Origin: Treponemataceae bacterium
GTDB lineage: Bacteria > Spirochaetota > Spirochaetia > Treponematales > Rectinemataceae
Assembly (NCBI GenBank): GCA_963678065.2
Contig: CAXXVZ010000005.1
Coordinates: forward strand, 512,001 to 576,000
DNA: 64,000 nucleotides
Reading direction: 5' to 3'
Positions 30,979 to 41,517 of the stretch are shown piece after piece. The notes beneath the pieces are model-generated. The model saw nothing but the letters and a program-made list of their open reading frames with translations. It was not told the DNA's origin and made no database searches. The stretch's first letter is position 1. Each line of letters begins with the position of its first letter. The translations under genes were made by a program, and so were the position numbers.

Positions 30979-31398
30979 TCAATCGACCGTACGCCATTCC
31001 AGGGTTACAAAGACGCCGTCATGGGCCGGAACGAGTCCCGGCAAGGCCGGGCGGGGTGGCAGGAGCAAACCCGTCCACTCGTAGGTCGCCGCAGGCAGGC
31101 CGGAGATCGACTTCTGAAGGTCCCCCTCTGGGTAGTACAGCTTTCCATCCGCCGACCTGATCATGAGTGTGAGATGGGGTTCGGAACCGTAGGCCTCGAT
31201 GACGCCCCGGATCGTGACGATGGCTCCTCCCGGAGAAAGCGCGGGGCCGGCCCCGGGGGCTCTCGTGGTGCCCGTGGCCACGCAAGCGCAGGTCACCGCC
31301 ATCAGAGCCGACAGGGACAGAAACCGGAAGAGAAATCCCGGGCCGAGCCGCCAAGGGGACATACGGGTTCGGCCGGGGTTTCCGTTTGCACCATTCAT
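30979..31398 (-). CDS. Hypothetical small exported protein or lipoprotein (start uncertain)
   Basis: Hydrophobic stretch ending AVTCAC, then a G.I..YGSEP beta-rich domain; co-oriented downstream of the protease. Confidence 0.55.
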   Translation of the reverse strand: MNGANGNPGRTRMSPWRLGPGFLFRFLSLSALMAVTCACVATGTTRAPGAGPALSPGGAIVTIRGVIEAYGSEPHLTLMIRSADGKLYYPEGDLQKSISGLPAATYEWTGLLLPPRPALPGLVPAHDGVFVTLEWRTVD

Positions 31399-31409
31399 AG
31401 TATCGTCGC

Positions 31410-33767
31410 TCACTTGACCATGAGATAGAATTTTACATCCGCGTCGGATGGAGCGTTCAGCGTAACTGCGAGGTCTCCGGTCAGGTTTTTCCAGGCCGTC
31501 CGCGTGTGGATCGAGTTGCCGTAGGGTCTGAGGTCGACGGCAGTCGCGGGATCGAAGTTGCGCGGCCCATAATTGCCGACCCATGCCTGCGTGTCGAGAT
31601 TGTACTGCCTCACAGCCGCGAGGTCTATCGATTCGGCGACATAGCTGATGCCTCCGAGAGACTCCGACCAGGCCTGCTTCAGGGTTTTCAGCGCCGATCC
31701 TGAAGGTTTGTCGGAGAAAAGGAGGGCTTCGCCGTAATGGGAGAAGGCCGCGACGAAATCGTCGCCGTAACCTTCCGCCGACAGGGCCGCGCTCACCGCC
31801 GCCTCGCCCGTCTGATTGTTGGAGAGGATTCTCTGGAAAAGGCTGGCCCCGCCATAATTCCTCGCAAGGTAGGCGCCGAAGGCGAAGGCGCTGGCGTAAC
31901 TTTTCAGGGTGTTCGGGCTCGCGAGCCAGTCCGTCACTCCGGACTCAGGATAATGATAGAGGAACTCCGGCAGACGACTGACCGCGCCGTATGTGGCCGG
32001 ATCGAGTCCGATGTTGCGGCAGACCAGATCCTCTCCGACCATCGAGCACATCTCGTTGAGCCAGGCCGGCTCGGAAAGTCCCTGGGCGATGCTCTTCACG
32101 TTGAAGTGGATCATGTGCTGGTACTCGTGGGCGAGCGTCGAAAGCACATAATTCTGGTATTTGTCGGTAAAATGCGCATCGACATAGAAAATTTCGGCAT
32201 AATTCGTTCTGGGGCTGGTCGATGAATAACCGAGATCGGCTTGGCTGTAGTAGTCCTTGCCCCAGAAATACCCGAGAGTGCCGCCAGTCTGCGTGGAGAC
32301 ATAGTCTTGATCCACATCGTAGACGAGTATGGATATGTGCTGGTCTCCGTCGCGTCCGCCCGAACCGCCAGGGCCGCCGCCATACTCATTGCCGAAGATC
32401 GTGCTGACATTGAGGTAGATTCCGTCCTTGTATGAATTGGCCGGTGTCCCGTCGAATTTGTCCCGAAGCGCTGCGGCCTGGGCTGAAGTAATCATGTCGT
32501 CGTCATTGGCGGCGGAAGTATTGCTGTAATTGGCATCCGCGACCCAGATGTAGCAATACCGGCCGACGGCGCGCAGAGTCGCTCTCGACTGGAACCAGCT
32601 CTTGTCCGCCGCCTGAACCCAAAAATACTTGTATGAAGTATCGACGCTCAAGGCGGGATCGGCGGAGCCGTAGCTGATCGTGGAAGACCTGCCCGGGGCG
32701 AGGTCTTTTGATCCCGATCCGCCACTTCCGACCGGAGGCGGATTCGCATTGAAGGCGGCGGCCTCGGCATGCTCGAAGCGGAGCGGGCGTCCAGGATCAG
32801 GGATCTCCGGAGCCTCGGGTTCGACGAGAGAGCGGGAATACGGGACCTTTTCCGAAACGGAGGAGGCCGAACCCGTCGTCGCCGCCGAGGCGGAGGCGGC
32901 TGCCTGGTTGGACTTGACGAGGTAGAGAGAATGCCCCGCGGCTCCGGTGACGGTGAGCGTCTTCGAGGACGCACCGGCGAAGTTCACCTGACAGACCGGC
33001 CAGGAAGCATTGTAGGCGAAGGTCGACGCGGCGTGGCTTATGCTGCGGTCGAGGGTTTTAGCCGAGGTGTAGCCGGAATAGACTTGGACCGCCTCGGTGA
33101 GTGTCTCCTTCACTGATCCTGATTTCTTCAGCTGGATGGAGAGGACATAGTTGCCCGCGGGCTTGGTGGCGAGGTAGCGCAGGGAGTTCCCGCCCGCTGC
33201 GATAGCGAGCGAGAGGGTCTCCGCGCTTCCCCCCACGGGAGTCAATGTCCCCGTCGCCGCGTCGTAGTCTGAGGCGACTTCCCAGTTCACCGTCACATCC
33301 ACGCTGCCGTTTCCCGCGATACGCTCGAGATAGACCGTCTGGGAAGAAACGGAATCTGCGGAAACTGCGGCAGTGAAAATTGTGGACGCCACGAGGTGGC
33401 CCCCCGAGTTGTATCCGTAGACGGCGATTCGCCATCCGCCCATGATAAGGCCGGAGACTCTGAACGAGGTGGCAGAAAAAGGAGAGGAGACAAAACTCGC
33501 GCCTTCGTTTTCCGATCCGATCCCGATGCCTTGAACGACGTAGTCGGTGATCGTGTAGGCGGAAGCGTCGGAGGGAAGGATCGTCTTCGCGCCTTTCTCG
33601 ATAGCGAGTTCGAGGGTCCCGCGCCCTGCGGACCCGTTTCCGGAAGCTTGCGTGCCGCCCACAGGCGGAACGCAGGCCGCGAACAGGGCGACGGTCGCCG
33701 CCGCGAGCAGAATAAAAAGAGGAACAAAGAATATCCCTGGGCGCCGGTATCCGGTCAAGTTTTTCAT
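31410..33767 (-). CDS. Lipoprotein zinc metalloprotease, M30 (hyicolysin)-like
   Basis: Lipobox LFAAC, Ig-like N-terminal domains, GYF...D, STLAHEYQHMIHF and WLNEMCS..ED motifs. Confidence 0.75.
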   Translation of the reverse strand: MKNLTGYRRPGIFFVPLFILLAAATVALFAACVPPVGGTQASGNGSAGRGTLELAIEKGAKTILPSDASAYTITDYVVQGIGIGSENEGASFVSSPFSATSFRVSGLIMGGWRIAVYGYNSGGHLVASTIFTAAVSADSVSSQTVYLERIAGNGSVDVTVNWEVASDYDAATGTLTPVGGSAETLSLAIAAGGNSLRYLATKPAGNYVLSIQLKKSGSVKETLTEAVQVYSGYTSAKTLDRSISHAASTFAYNASWPVCQVNFAGASSKTLTVTGAAGHSLYLVKSNQAAASASAATTGSASSVSEKVPYSRSLVEPEAPEIPDPGRPLRFEHAEAAAFNANPPPVGSGGSGSKDLAPGRSSTISYGSADPALSVDTSYKYFWVQAADKSWFQSRATLRAVGRYCYIWVADANYSNTSAANDDDMITSAQAAALRDKFDGTPANSYKDGIYLNVSTIFGNEYGGGPGGSGGRDGDQHISILVYDVDQDYVSTQTGGTLGYFWGKDYYSQADLGYSSTSPRTNYAEIFYVDAHFTDKYQNYVLSTLAHEYQHMIHFNVKSIAQGLSEPAWLNEMCSMVGEDLVCRNIGLDPATYGAVSRLPEFLYHYPESGVTDWLASPNTLKSYASAFAFGAYLARNYGGASLFQRILSNNQTGEAAVSAALSAEGYGDDFVAAFSHYGEALLFSDKPSGSALKTLKQAWSESLGGISYVAESIDLAAVRQYNLDTQAWVGNYGPRNFDPATAVDLRPYGNSIHTRTAWKNLTGDLAVTLNAPSDADVKFYLMVK

Positions 33768-33779
33768 GTCTGTCCCGCC

Positions 33780-34733
33780 TTACTTGCTGAAAGAATACTC
33801 TTCGGAGAAGCTGACGCCCCTGCGGGTGGCTACGCCGACCAGCCGGTGAGTTCCCGAACTCAAAGATGAGGGCGAAAGCAATACACTGTTGGTGGTGATG
33901 GAATCCTGCAAAATTCCGTCCAGATACCATGAAAAGGCTGTTGTGGAAGTGAGGGCATCGTCGCCCTGGATCCTGATGCCGAACCCGCCCGTAGCCGACC
34001 CGCCATGCCAGGGTCTGATCCTAAGCTTGACCTTCTGCGCGTATGGCACGGAGACAGAGACGCCGGTCGAATATCCGCTATCCGAGTCGGCGGCCCAGCC
34101 GTCGACCCGCGTGACACCATCCGAAAGGAAGGCCCCGACTTCTATATCGGCATTGTAGAATTTCGCGGAATCCGGGGCCATGGACCCGTCGTAAAGATCG
34201 TCCCAATAGACTGTATACGTTTTGCCCGCCAGAGCTGAAAAACTGAGCCAGATATAATCGGAACTGTCGACCCGCCACGTGGTCCACCCGTTTATCGGAA
34301 GTTCAGGTCCGAGCCCCATGGAAACGAGGGTTCCACCCGACGATGCCGGACGCGTATACAGCCTCGACTCTTTCGGCGTCGACTCGATGACTGTATCCGT
34401 CGATCCCGTGGCTATCCACCTGGCGTAGAAAACGAGATCGTGGGCAGGCATCGGATAGGCGGCGCCGGGAGGGATCGGGGAGCCATATCCATCGGAGGAG
34501 GTGCTCCAGCCCCGAAACGCGAAGCCGGTTTTGACCAGATTGCCGGTGTTGCCCAAAACGGTAATTGTATAGTTGTATGGGTACGGTGTCGGGTCGACGG
34601 GAACTGCGCCGCCGGTATTGCCATTGCCCGAGTAGGTGACCGTATAGGTCGCGACGGGCGCAAGGGGATTACCGCAGCCCGCGAGAATCATGAAAAAAAC
34701 AAAAAATACCGAAAACGCGAACGCTTTCTTCAC
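33780..34733 (-). CDS. Lipoprotein with an InlB B-repeat (Listeria-Bacteroides repeat) domain
   Basis: Lipobox LAGC and YTVTYSGNGNTGG.VP...KTGFAFRGWST...FYARW. Confidence 0.75.
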   Translation of the reverse strand: MKKAFAFSVFFVFFMILAGCGNPLAPVATYTVTYSGNGNTGGAVPVDPTPYPYNYTITVLGNTGNLVKTGFAFRGWSTSSDGYGSPIPPGAAYPMPAHDLVFYARWIATGSTDTVIESTPKESRLYTRPASSGGTLVSMGLGPELPINGWTTWRVDSSDYIWLSFSALAGKTYTVYWDDLYDGSMAPDSAKFYNADIEVGAFLSDGVTRVDGWAADSDSGYSTGVSVSVPYAQKVKLRIRPWHGGSATGGFGIRIQGDDALTSTTAFSWYLDGILQDSITTNSVLLSPSSLSSGTHRLVGVATRRGVSFSEEYSFSK

Positions 34734-34859
34734 GGCCTACAGCCTCCATCTACGGTTTTCTTCTATTGTACCATGCCTTCTGGGAGGTGCGACAGTTATA
34801 TGGATTTTTTTTAAACCAGACAAAGACAGCACATTTCCCGCGACGAGGGCTCTTCCTCA

Positions 34860-37800
34860 TCATCCGGCAATCTCGAGTCTCGATCCGGACCTGCCCTTTG
34901 TGACGACGATCTGGGAGGGGATGCGCGAGCGCAACTCGGCGACGTGGGAGACGATGCCGATGACGCGCGCTCCACGGATGCGGTCCAGCACGTCGAGGGC
35001 GCGGTCGAGGGCCTCTTCGTCGAGGGAGCCGAAACCTTCGTCGATGAAGATCGCGTCGAGCGACACGCCTCCGGAGCGGAGACGGATGGTGTCGGCCAGC
35101 CCCAGGGCGAGGCTGACCGCCGAAATGAAGCGCTCGCCGCCGGAGAGGGTTCCGGCCGGGCGCGACTGGCCGGTATAGGAATCCCGCACGAGGATCTCGA
35201 GCCCGATCCGGCCCTGTCCCCGCGCGCTTCCCTCGTCGGCCACAAGAGTGTAGCGGCCGTCCGACATCTCACAGAGGCGGAGGCTCGCGTGCCGCACGAC
35301 AGTCCTGAAATACATGCCGAGGACGAAGCTCTTGAAGGGCAGTCGCCTGCCGGCCAGGTTGCCGGAAAGCAGTTCGGAGAGGCCGTGAAGCGCGGCAGAA
35401 CGCTCTCCCGCCTCTTTCCGGCGGGCGGCCAGATTCCGGAGCTCCGCAACGAGAGCAGAGAGGCGCTCGACCCTGATTCCGGCCTTCTCAAGCGATCCGC
35501 GCCGCTCTTCCGCGAGGGCGGCCGCCTCGGCGACCTGATTTTCGAGGGCCGGCAGGTCGGGAAGCGAGGCCCGGTCGGCGCCGGCCTCCTGACCGAGGGC
35601 TTCGACCTCGGCCCTGGCGGCCGCGATGGCTGTCGCGTACGCGGAGGCTTCCGTCTCGAGCCGGGCGAGCGCGTCTTCAGGGAGGAAGGCCGCCCTCACC
35701 CTGTCGCGGCGGGCAAAACCGCGCGCGATCACCGCGGATTCTGTCTGCGAGACGAGGATCGCATGTTCCTCTTCAAGCGCGGCGAGGCGCCGGGCGGCGG
35801 CGGCCTGCATAGCCCGGGCGCCCGCGATTCGACCTTCCCAGTCCTCCACTGACTTGTCGATGCGCGTCAACTCGGCTTCCGCCAGGCCGCGCTTGTGGCG
35901 GAGAGCTTCGATCCGCGGCGAGGGATCGGCCCCGCCAGAGTGATCCGAGGCCGCGTTCCGGCTCGCCTTCGCGGAGGCGGATTTCTGCATGGCCACGGCC
36001 AAGGCCCCGGCGGCGGCGGACAGGGAAAGGCGCAGGGAAGAGAGCTGCAGAGTCAGTTTTTCGGCTTCGACCTTGCGCGTTTCGAGGTCGTCAACCTTGA
36101 GGCGCAGAAAGGCCTCGGTTTTTTCCGCGGCCACGAGACGCTTTTTCGCCGCCTCGAACTCACCCGCGGGGTCACTCAGGGTGGCTTCGACCCTGTCGAT
36201 GCCGGGACCGGCGAAGCTGCCGGGATCAGGAGCGCCGGTTCCGGGCGCCAGATCAGGAGACGGGAAGGCGGCGTAGAGCGAGACCGCCTGTGCGAGCGTT
36301 TTCCGGTTTTCCCCGAGGAGCTTCCGCGCGGACTCAAAGGAGGTGCCGGCCGAGGCCTGGGCGGCGAGGGCCTTGTCCAGAGCCGCTTTAAGCTTGATGC
36401 GCTCGGCCTCGGAGACGCCTTCTCCGGTTCCGGCCGCCGGCGCCGGGTGGTGGAGAGAGCCGCAGACGGGGCATGGCGCGCCTTCCTCGAGTTCCCTGGC
36501 GAGGCCGGCGGCCCGATCGCGCAGGAAACGGGACTCGGCCAACTCGAAGGCGAATCGCGCCTCGTCGAGTTTCTTTTCAGCCCTGGAGACTTCGAGGCCG
36601 AGCCTCGCCTCCTCCCTGGCGGATTGCTCCGCCTTCGCGGCCAGGGCGACGAGTTCTTTGGCCTGACGGAGCCTTTCGACTGCTGTCTGCCGCGCCACCG
36701 CAGCGTTTCCGAGGGCCGCGCGGGCCGCCGACTCGGTCGCCGAATCCACGGCGAGCTCCGCGAAGCGCGCCACGAGGCCGGCTTCCTGCGCGATGCAGTC
36801 TTCGTGCACCGCGCGGGCGCTGCGCTCTTCCGCCTCGGCTTTCCGGCAGAGGGCATCGGCCTCGACGAGTTTTTTCCAGGAGATGAGGGCGGACTCCAGC
36901 TCCCCTCTTTCCCGGTCCAGAGACTGCAACTCGTCGGTCAGGGCGAGTCGCCGCGCCTTGGCCGCGTCCACGGAGGAACCTTCGGTCTCGAGACCCGCGA
37001 GCGCCCGGACGGCGAGCGCGGATTCTTCCCGGGCCTTCGCCAGAAGGAGGGCACTCCGCTCTTCCGTCTCGATGGCCGGCAGGGCTGCCGCGGCGGCGCG
37101 GGCGGTCGCTATCCTGTCGAGTCGGGCTTTCGCCCCGGCGCTTTCTTTTTCGAGAACAGCGAGCCTCTCCCGGGCGAGCCGGGCCTTCTCTTCACGGGCG
37201 CAGGCTTCGCGCGCGAGACCAAGGGCGAGCCGCTTCGAGGACAGAGCCTCGGTCGCTTCGTCGGCGGCGGTCTTGAGCTTTGCACTTTCCGCGAAGAGCG
37301 CGGCGAGACGGCCCTCAGGATCCTCTTCCGCCTCCACGGCGCGGCGGGCGATTTCGTCGTCGAGATCCCTGACGGCCTTCGCCGCGTCCCTGTCCTGCTC
37401 CCGGGCGAGCTCGGTGACCGCGCCGTGAAGCGCCACGGGGAAAAGCTTTTCCAGGACCTGCACGCGCTCGGGCGATGGCATCTGAAGGAATCGCTGGAAT
37501 TCCCCCTGGGGCAGGAGGATGATCTTGGAGAACTCGTCGACGGTGAGACCGATCCGCGACTCGATGAGCGCGTTCGCGTCCCTGATGCTGTCGGCGCGCA
37601 GAGCCCATCCGCCGCCTATCTTCTGGTAGACGCAGGCCTCGGGAGGGACATCGGCGAGGCCGCCGCCGCGCTTGGGGCGCCTGTAGGGAGGAACGCGGAT
37701 GGCCCGGAACTCCTCGTCTCCGAGAAAGAACTCGAATTCGACGAGGGGCTTGTCGCCGGGAGCGGCGTGCTGGGACCAGAGCTGGGATTCGAGCCCTTCG

Positions 37801-37973
37801 CGGGAGCCCGGCACTTTTCCGTAGAGAGCGTAGGTCAGTGCGTCGAAGATTGTCGTTTTTCCCGAGCCGGTCTTCCCGCAGACAAGAAAAAACGGACCGA
37901 GCTTTCCGAAATCGATCTCGGCCCTCTCCCTGTAAGCGCCGAAGTTGGTCATCGCGAGCCTAGACGGCCGCAC
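34860..37973 (-). CDS. sbcC: SbcC/Rad50-like SMC ATPase
   Basis: NFGAY, GKTGSGKT, LPQGEF, zinc hook CPVCGS..HP, LSGGE, IDEGFGSLD and SHV motifs. The GTG start overlaps the sbcD end. Confidence 0.92.
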   Translation of the reverse strand: MRPSRLAMTNFGAYRERAEIDFGKLGPFFLVCGKTGSGKTTIFDALTYALYGKVPGSREGLESQLWSQHAAPGDKPLVEFEFFLGDEEFRAIRVPPYRRPKRGGGLADVPPEACVYQKIGGGWALRADSIRDANALIESRIGLTVDEFSKIILLPQGEFQRFLQMPSPERVQVLEKLFPVALHGAVTELAREQDRDAAKAVRDLDDEIARRAVEAEEDPEGRLAALFAESAKLKTAADEATEALSSKRLALGLAREACAREEKARLARERLAVLEKESAGAKARLDRIATARAAAAALPAIETEERSALLLAKAREESALAVRALAGLETEGSSVDAAKARRLALTDELQSLDRERGELESALISWKKLVEADALCRKAEAEERSARAVHEDCIAQEAGLVARFAELAVDSATESAARAALGNAAVARQTAVERLRQAKELVALAAKAEQSAREEARLGLEVSRAEKKLDEARFAFELAESRFLRDRAAGLARELEEGAPCPVCGSLHHPAPAAGTGEGVSEAERIKLKAALDKALAAQASAGTSFESARKLLGENRKTLAQAVSLYAAFPSPDLAPGTGAPDPGSFAGPGIDRVEATLSDPAGEFEAAKKRLVAAEKTEAFLRLKVDDLETRKVEAEKLTLQLSSLRLSLSAAAGALAVAMQKSASAKASRNAASDHSGGADPSPRIEALRHKRGLAEAELTRIDKSVEDWEGRIAGARAMQAAAARRLAALEEEHAILVSQTESAVIARGFARRDRVRAAFLPEDALARLETEASAYATAIAAARAEVEALGQEAGADRASLPDLPALENQVAEAAALAEERRGSLEKAGIRVERLSALVAELRNLAARRKEAGERSAALHGLSELLSGNLAGRRLPFKSFVLGMYFRTVVRHASLRLCEMSDGRYTLVADEGSARGQGRIGLEILVRDSYTGQSRPAGTLSGGERFISAVSLALGLADTIRLRSGGVSLDAIFIDEGFGSLDEEALDRALDVLDRIRGARVIGIVSHVAELRSRIPSQIVVTKGRSGSRLEIAG

Positions 37974-39306
37974 GTTCGGCCTCCCCCACAAGTTCGCGGA
38001 ACAGCTCCGCCACGGGTTCTGCGGGCTTTGCGCCCCGCATCTCTGTGTAAAACTCCATAAAATCCGCGAGAACGGCCCGGACAGGATCGAGCGCAGCTTC
38101 CGCGCCGCCCGGCGCAGGATTCTCGTCAATCGCTCTTTCTCCTCGCGGGGGTTCATTCCCTGCTTCGAAGGCTTCCTGGCGGACTGACAGGAGGTTCGGA
38201 TACCTTTGACGCAGGAGATCGCGGGGATTCAACACAGGTTCGGGGTCGGTGAGAACCGCCTCGATATAATCGAGGGACTCGACGCTGTCGAGGCCGCTGG
38301 AGCCGACCGGAGACGGTGGGGCGAGCCCGGGAAGGAATCCCGCTTCCGCCGCCTTTGACGGTCCGGCAAGGCCTGATTGCCCGCCGTCGCCGGCAAGCTC
38401 GACGGAACTGCCGCGGATCTTCCGCATCCGATGCAGGGGGCTGAAGGGGATGAAGTCGACATTCAACCTCTTTCCCGACAGCTCGATGTACGCGAAGCCT
38501 TTCTCCTGGCCGGATTCGCCGAAGCTGTACGCGAGAGGAGAGCCCGGGTAGCGGATGCGCCCCGATCCTCCAGGCGTCTGCGGCCGATGAAGATGCCCAA
38601 GAGCGACATAATCGAATCCTGCGAACAGGCCGAGGTCCACCTGCTCGGCCATCCCGACAAAGCTCCGCTCCGAATCGCTCGATGCGGCCCCCGCGACAAA
38701 ACAGTGGGCGACAAGGATGTTGGTCATCGCGGGGTCCATGACCTTTCTGATGCGCGAAAGTGCCTCGAGCATGAGTTCGGACTGGGATCGGGGAGCCGCG
38801 CCTTCATCTGGGGAATCGCCGCCGGCCTCCTCCCCCTCTTCCGCTCCCTTCCCCTCTTCCGCCCTCTCCCCAGCCTCCGGATACCGGAACGAGCCCGGCG
38901 TGAGGAAGGGAAGAGCCCAGAAAAGTGCGGTCTCTTTCTCCTTCGTCACGGAAATGGGGCGGTCGCAGTCCTCCGCGGATGTCCGTATGTGAAGCCCCGA
39001 CCGCGCGAGCAATCCGGCGCCGAAAGAGAGACGGGCCGCCGAATCATGGTTGCCGGGGATGAGGATGACGGTCGTTCCCGGAGATCTCCGGTACAGGTCC
39101 ATGAGGAAGGTATCGAAGAGCCGCACAGCATCGGGTGGAGGTATGCTCCGGTCATAGATGTCGCCCGCTATCACGAGAACCTCGGCGCCACGCTTCGTGA
39201 CCGCTCCGGCGAGGCCCTCCAGCATGTGTGCCTGGTCTTCCGAGATGTCGCGCTCGTGAAGGGTCTTCCCGAGATGGAGGTCTGCTGTGTGGATGATCCT
39301 GATCAT
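37960..39306 (-). CDS. sbcD: SbcD/Mre11-like nuclease
   Basis: HTADLHLG, AGDIYD, PGNHDS, YVALGHLH and YPGSPLAYSF motifs. Confidence 0.93.
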   Translation of the reverse strand: MIRIIHTADLHLGKTLHERDISEDQAHMLEGLAGAVTKRGAEVLVIAGDIYDRSIPPPDAVRLFDTFLMDLYRRSPGTTVILIPGNHDSAARLSFGAGLLARSGLHIRTSAEDCDRPISVTKEKETALFWALPFLTPGSFRYPEAGERAEEGKGAEEGEEAGGDSPDEGAAPRSQSELMLEALSRIRKVMDPAMTNILVAHCFVAGAASSDSERSFVGMAEQVDLGLFAGFDYVALGHLHRPQTPGGSGRIRYPGSPLAYSFGESGQEKGFAYIELSGKRLNVDFIPFSPLHRMRKIRGSSVELAGDGGQSGLAGPSKAAEAGFLPGLAPPSPVGSSGLDSVESLDYIEAVLTDPEPVLNPRDLLRQRYPNLLSVRQEAFEAGNEPPRGERAIDENPAPGGAEAALDPVRAVLADFMEFYTEMRGAKPAEPVAELFRELVGEAERAAV

Positions 39307-39382
39307 TGTCGCAAGCCTACCGGCGACCGAAGCGGGGGTCAAGGCGCCGGACAAAACCGCGGCCATGCGGTATACTCTCCTC

Positions 39383-39853
39383 ATGGAATCGACGAAAGCG
39401 CATACAATCCGCCGCGTCGCCAGGCCGGCGGCCCTCACTATCGCTCTGGTTCTCTGCGCGGGACTCGCGTCCTGCTTCTCCGCGGCCAAGGCGCAGAAAA
39501 GTGAAACCCCCATGCTGCACGACATCGTGGTATCGGAGAAGGACAACGGCAGGACTGTCGAACTCTACAAGGGCAGTCTTGTGGAGATCCGCCTCGAGGG
39601 CAACCCGACGACAGGCTATGCCTGGGCGCGCGGCGCGGAGACAGAAAACGATCTTGTCCTCAAGGCCCTGGACGAACCCGGCTACACTCCCTCGAAACCA
39701 GCTCTTACAGGGTCAGGCGGCACATTCGTATTCAAGTACATGGCTGCCAACCCGGGCGTGGCCAGACTCGTCTTCGGCTACGCGCGGTCGTGGGAACACG
39801 TTCCTCCGCTGAAAACCTGGACAGTGACCGTCAAGGTCAACGATGTCCACTGA
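39383..39853 (+). CDS. Protease inhibitor I42 (chagasin) family lipoprotein
   Basis: Lipobox LASC and the hallmark NPTTGYAW, GSGG and YARSWE loops. Confidence 0.85.
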   Translation: MESTKAHTIRRVARPAALTIALVLCAGLASCFSAAKAQKSETPMLHDIVVSEKDNGRTVELYKGSLVEIRLEGNPTTGYAWARGAETENDLVLKALDEPGYTPSKPALTGSGGTFVFKYMAANPGVARLVFGYARSWEHVPPLKTWTVTVKVNDVH

Positions 39854-40526
39854 AAGAGGGAAAATCCCTCTGCCCCAGGACAGCCCTCACGAGCGGCATT
39901 ACAGCGCCGGCGAAGAGATCGCGAACGCCGTCAGCCACGGCACGGGCGCCATACTTTCCGTGGTTGCCCTCGTCCTGCTCGTCGTCGCCGCCGTCCTCAA
40001 GGGAACCGCACTGACTGTCATGGCCTATTCGGTATTCGGCGCATCCCTCGTCATCCTGTACACGATGTCGACGGTCTACCATTCCCTGTCGCGAACGAAG
40101 GCCAGGCGCGTCCTCGAGATTCTCGACCACTCTTCGATCTACATTCTCATCGCCGGAAGCTACACGGCGTTTTGCCTCTCCGCCCTGCGCGGTCCCCTCG
40201 GCTGGACGATCTTCGCCGCGAGCTGGACCCTCGCCCTCATCGGCATCGTCCTGAAAGCTCTCTGGTTCGAGCGCTTCCCCCGGCTCTCGGTCGTCGGTTA
40301 CCTCGCGATGGGCTGGCTCATCGTCTTCGCCTTCAAGCCGCTCGCTCTGGCGCTGCCGGGCAGGGCCCTCGCGCTCCTCGTGGCGGGAGGACTCGCCTAC
40401 AGCGTGGGAACGATCTTCTACGCCCTGAAACGCGTCCGCTGGTTCCACGCGGTCTGGCACCTCTTCGTCCTCGCGGGCTCGACCTGCCACGTCCTGTCGG
40501 CGATTTTCGCGCTGACCATGCGGTAA
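39843..40526 (+). CDS. Hemolysin III/PAQR family membrane protein
   Basis: EEIANAVSHG, STVYH, LDHSSIYILIAGSYT and HAVWHLFV motifs. Confidence 0.92.
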   Translation: MSTERGKIPLPQDSPHERHYSAGEEIANAVSHGTGAILSVVALVLLVVAAVLKGTALTVMAYSVFGASLVILYTMSTVYHSLSRTKARRVLEILDHSSIYILIAGSYTAFCLSALRGPLGWTIFAASWTLALIGIVLKALWFERFPRLSVVGYLAMGWLIVFAFKPLALALPGRALALLVAGGLAYSVGTIFYALKRVRWFHAVWHLFVLAGSTCHVLSAIFALTMR

Positions 40527-40665
40527 GGCTGCAACGCGTTGATGCTCTATCCAGCAGGCCCATTTTGCGGAGCGAGGATGACGAGGCACTCTGTTGCGAG
40601 ATCGGTATGCTCGGGGATTGCCGATCGTGGATTTGTCCAGTCGTCGAGCACGGCCTCGAGAAGTG

Positions 40666-41205
40666 TTATTTCAGGTCTATGGCGATGGAATCGGATGTAC
40701 AGACGATGCCGACGCAGCCGATGATCGGCGGATAACCACTTCGCAACAGGAGCGAACTGTAGCCCGTAGTGTATTGTCTGGTGTGCGGATCTTCATATGC
40801 TGTTCTCGTCTTGAGCTGTCGGAGGGCTCCGTTTTCCACGACCCAGTTTCTCATGTTTGCGGACCCTGTTTTGTTCGTTCCCGAAGCCCAGAGCGTCCTT
40901 GTGGCGAGTGCATCGGAAGTCTCGGTCCACGCCGATGCCGGGGAAGTCAGTTTTGTTTCCACATCGACCAAAGCGAAGAGAACGATCATGGAATCGCGGT
41001 CGATGAGCAACATGGTCGTCGTATCGATGAATTCGATATCGAAGCGCCACCCTGCGGGCATGTTTTTTACACGGACGTTCAGAAAATACTGGATAGTATT
41101 CCCTCCGTACAAGATGGCTGCATCGTGGCCGATGGTTTCATACGGATCGAGTACATGGAAGAATACTTTTTTAGACTGGACAACCGAATCCTTGACTTGG
41201 TCCAC
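40666..41205 (-). CDS. Hypothetical protein, possibly a 5'-truncated gene fragment
   Basis: 179-aa beta-rich ORF in lower-GC DNA with no clear RBS, directly abutting the broken mrr. Confidence 0.4.
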   Translation of the reverse strand: MDQVKDSVVQSKKVFFHVLDPYETIGHDAAILYGGNTIQYFLNVRVKNMPAGWRFDIEFIDTTTMLLIDRDSMIVLFALVDVETKLTSPASAWTETSDALATRTLWASGTNKTGSANMRNWVVENGALRQLKTRTAYEDPHTRQYTTGYSSLLLRSGYPPIIGCVGIVCTSDSIAIDLK

Positions 41206-41276
41206 AAACCATCGCCCCAGTCTATCCTGCTCGTCGGGCTCTCCGGTGCCACGTCAAGGAAAGAGCGAACATGCTG

Positions 41277-41503
41277 CTTTTCGAGGAGCTCGTCAGAAAG
41301 GTTCTCGGTAAGCTTTTGGTAGCCGTACTCGAGAGCTTCTTCCGGCGTCGAATGTACAGAGTGCTCCTCCCCCTGATCCTCTATAGCCCTCTTCTGAACT
41401 GGTTGGAAAGCTTATCGACTGCCTCGGCCATGCTGTGCTCTTCTCCATCGGAGGCGAAGACCAGAAGGGGCAACATACAGGATTGGTAGTCGGGGATGGC
41501 CAC
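41277..41503 (-). pseudogene. mrr: Mrr (type IV restriction) remnant
   Basis: AAGGAGG plus GTG at 41503 gives MAIPDYQSCMLPLLVFASDGEEHS (Mrr N-terminus), which stops at 41381. Another frame then gives TPEEALEYGYQKLTENLSDELLEK (Mrr linker). There is no catalytic domain. Not in the ORF track. Confidence 0.8.
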
Positions 41504-41517
41504 AGGAGCCTCCTTCT

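Noticed and set aside
34860..39306. SMC ATPase plus nuclease as a Wadjet/Lamassu-type defence system
   Set aside because: The motifs and two-gene layout are those of ordinary SbcCD repair genes, with host-like composition.
39843..40526. Hemolysin III as a virulence toxin
   Set aside because: The PAQR/HlyIII family is widespread in non-pathogens, and nothing here supports a toxin role.
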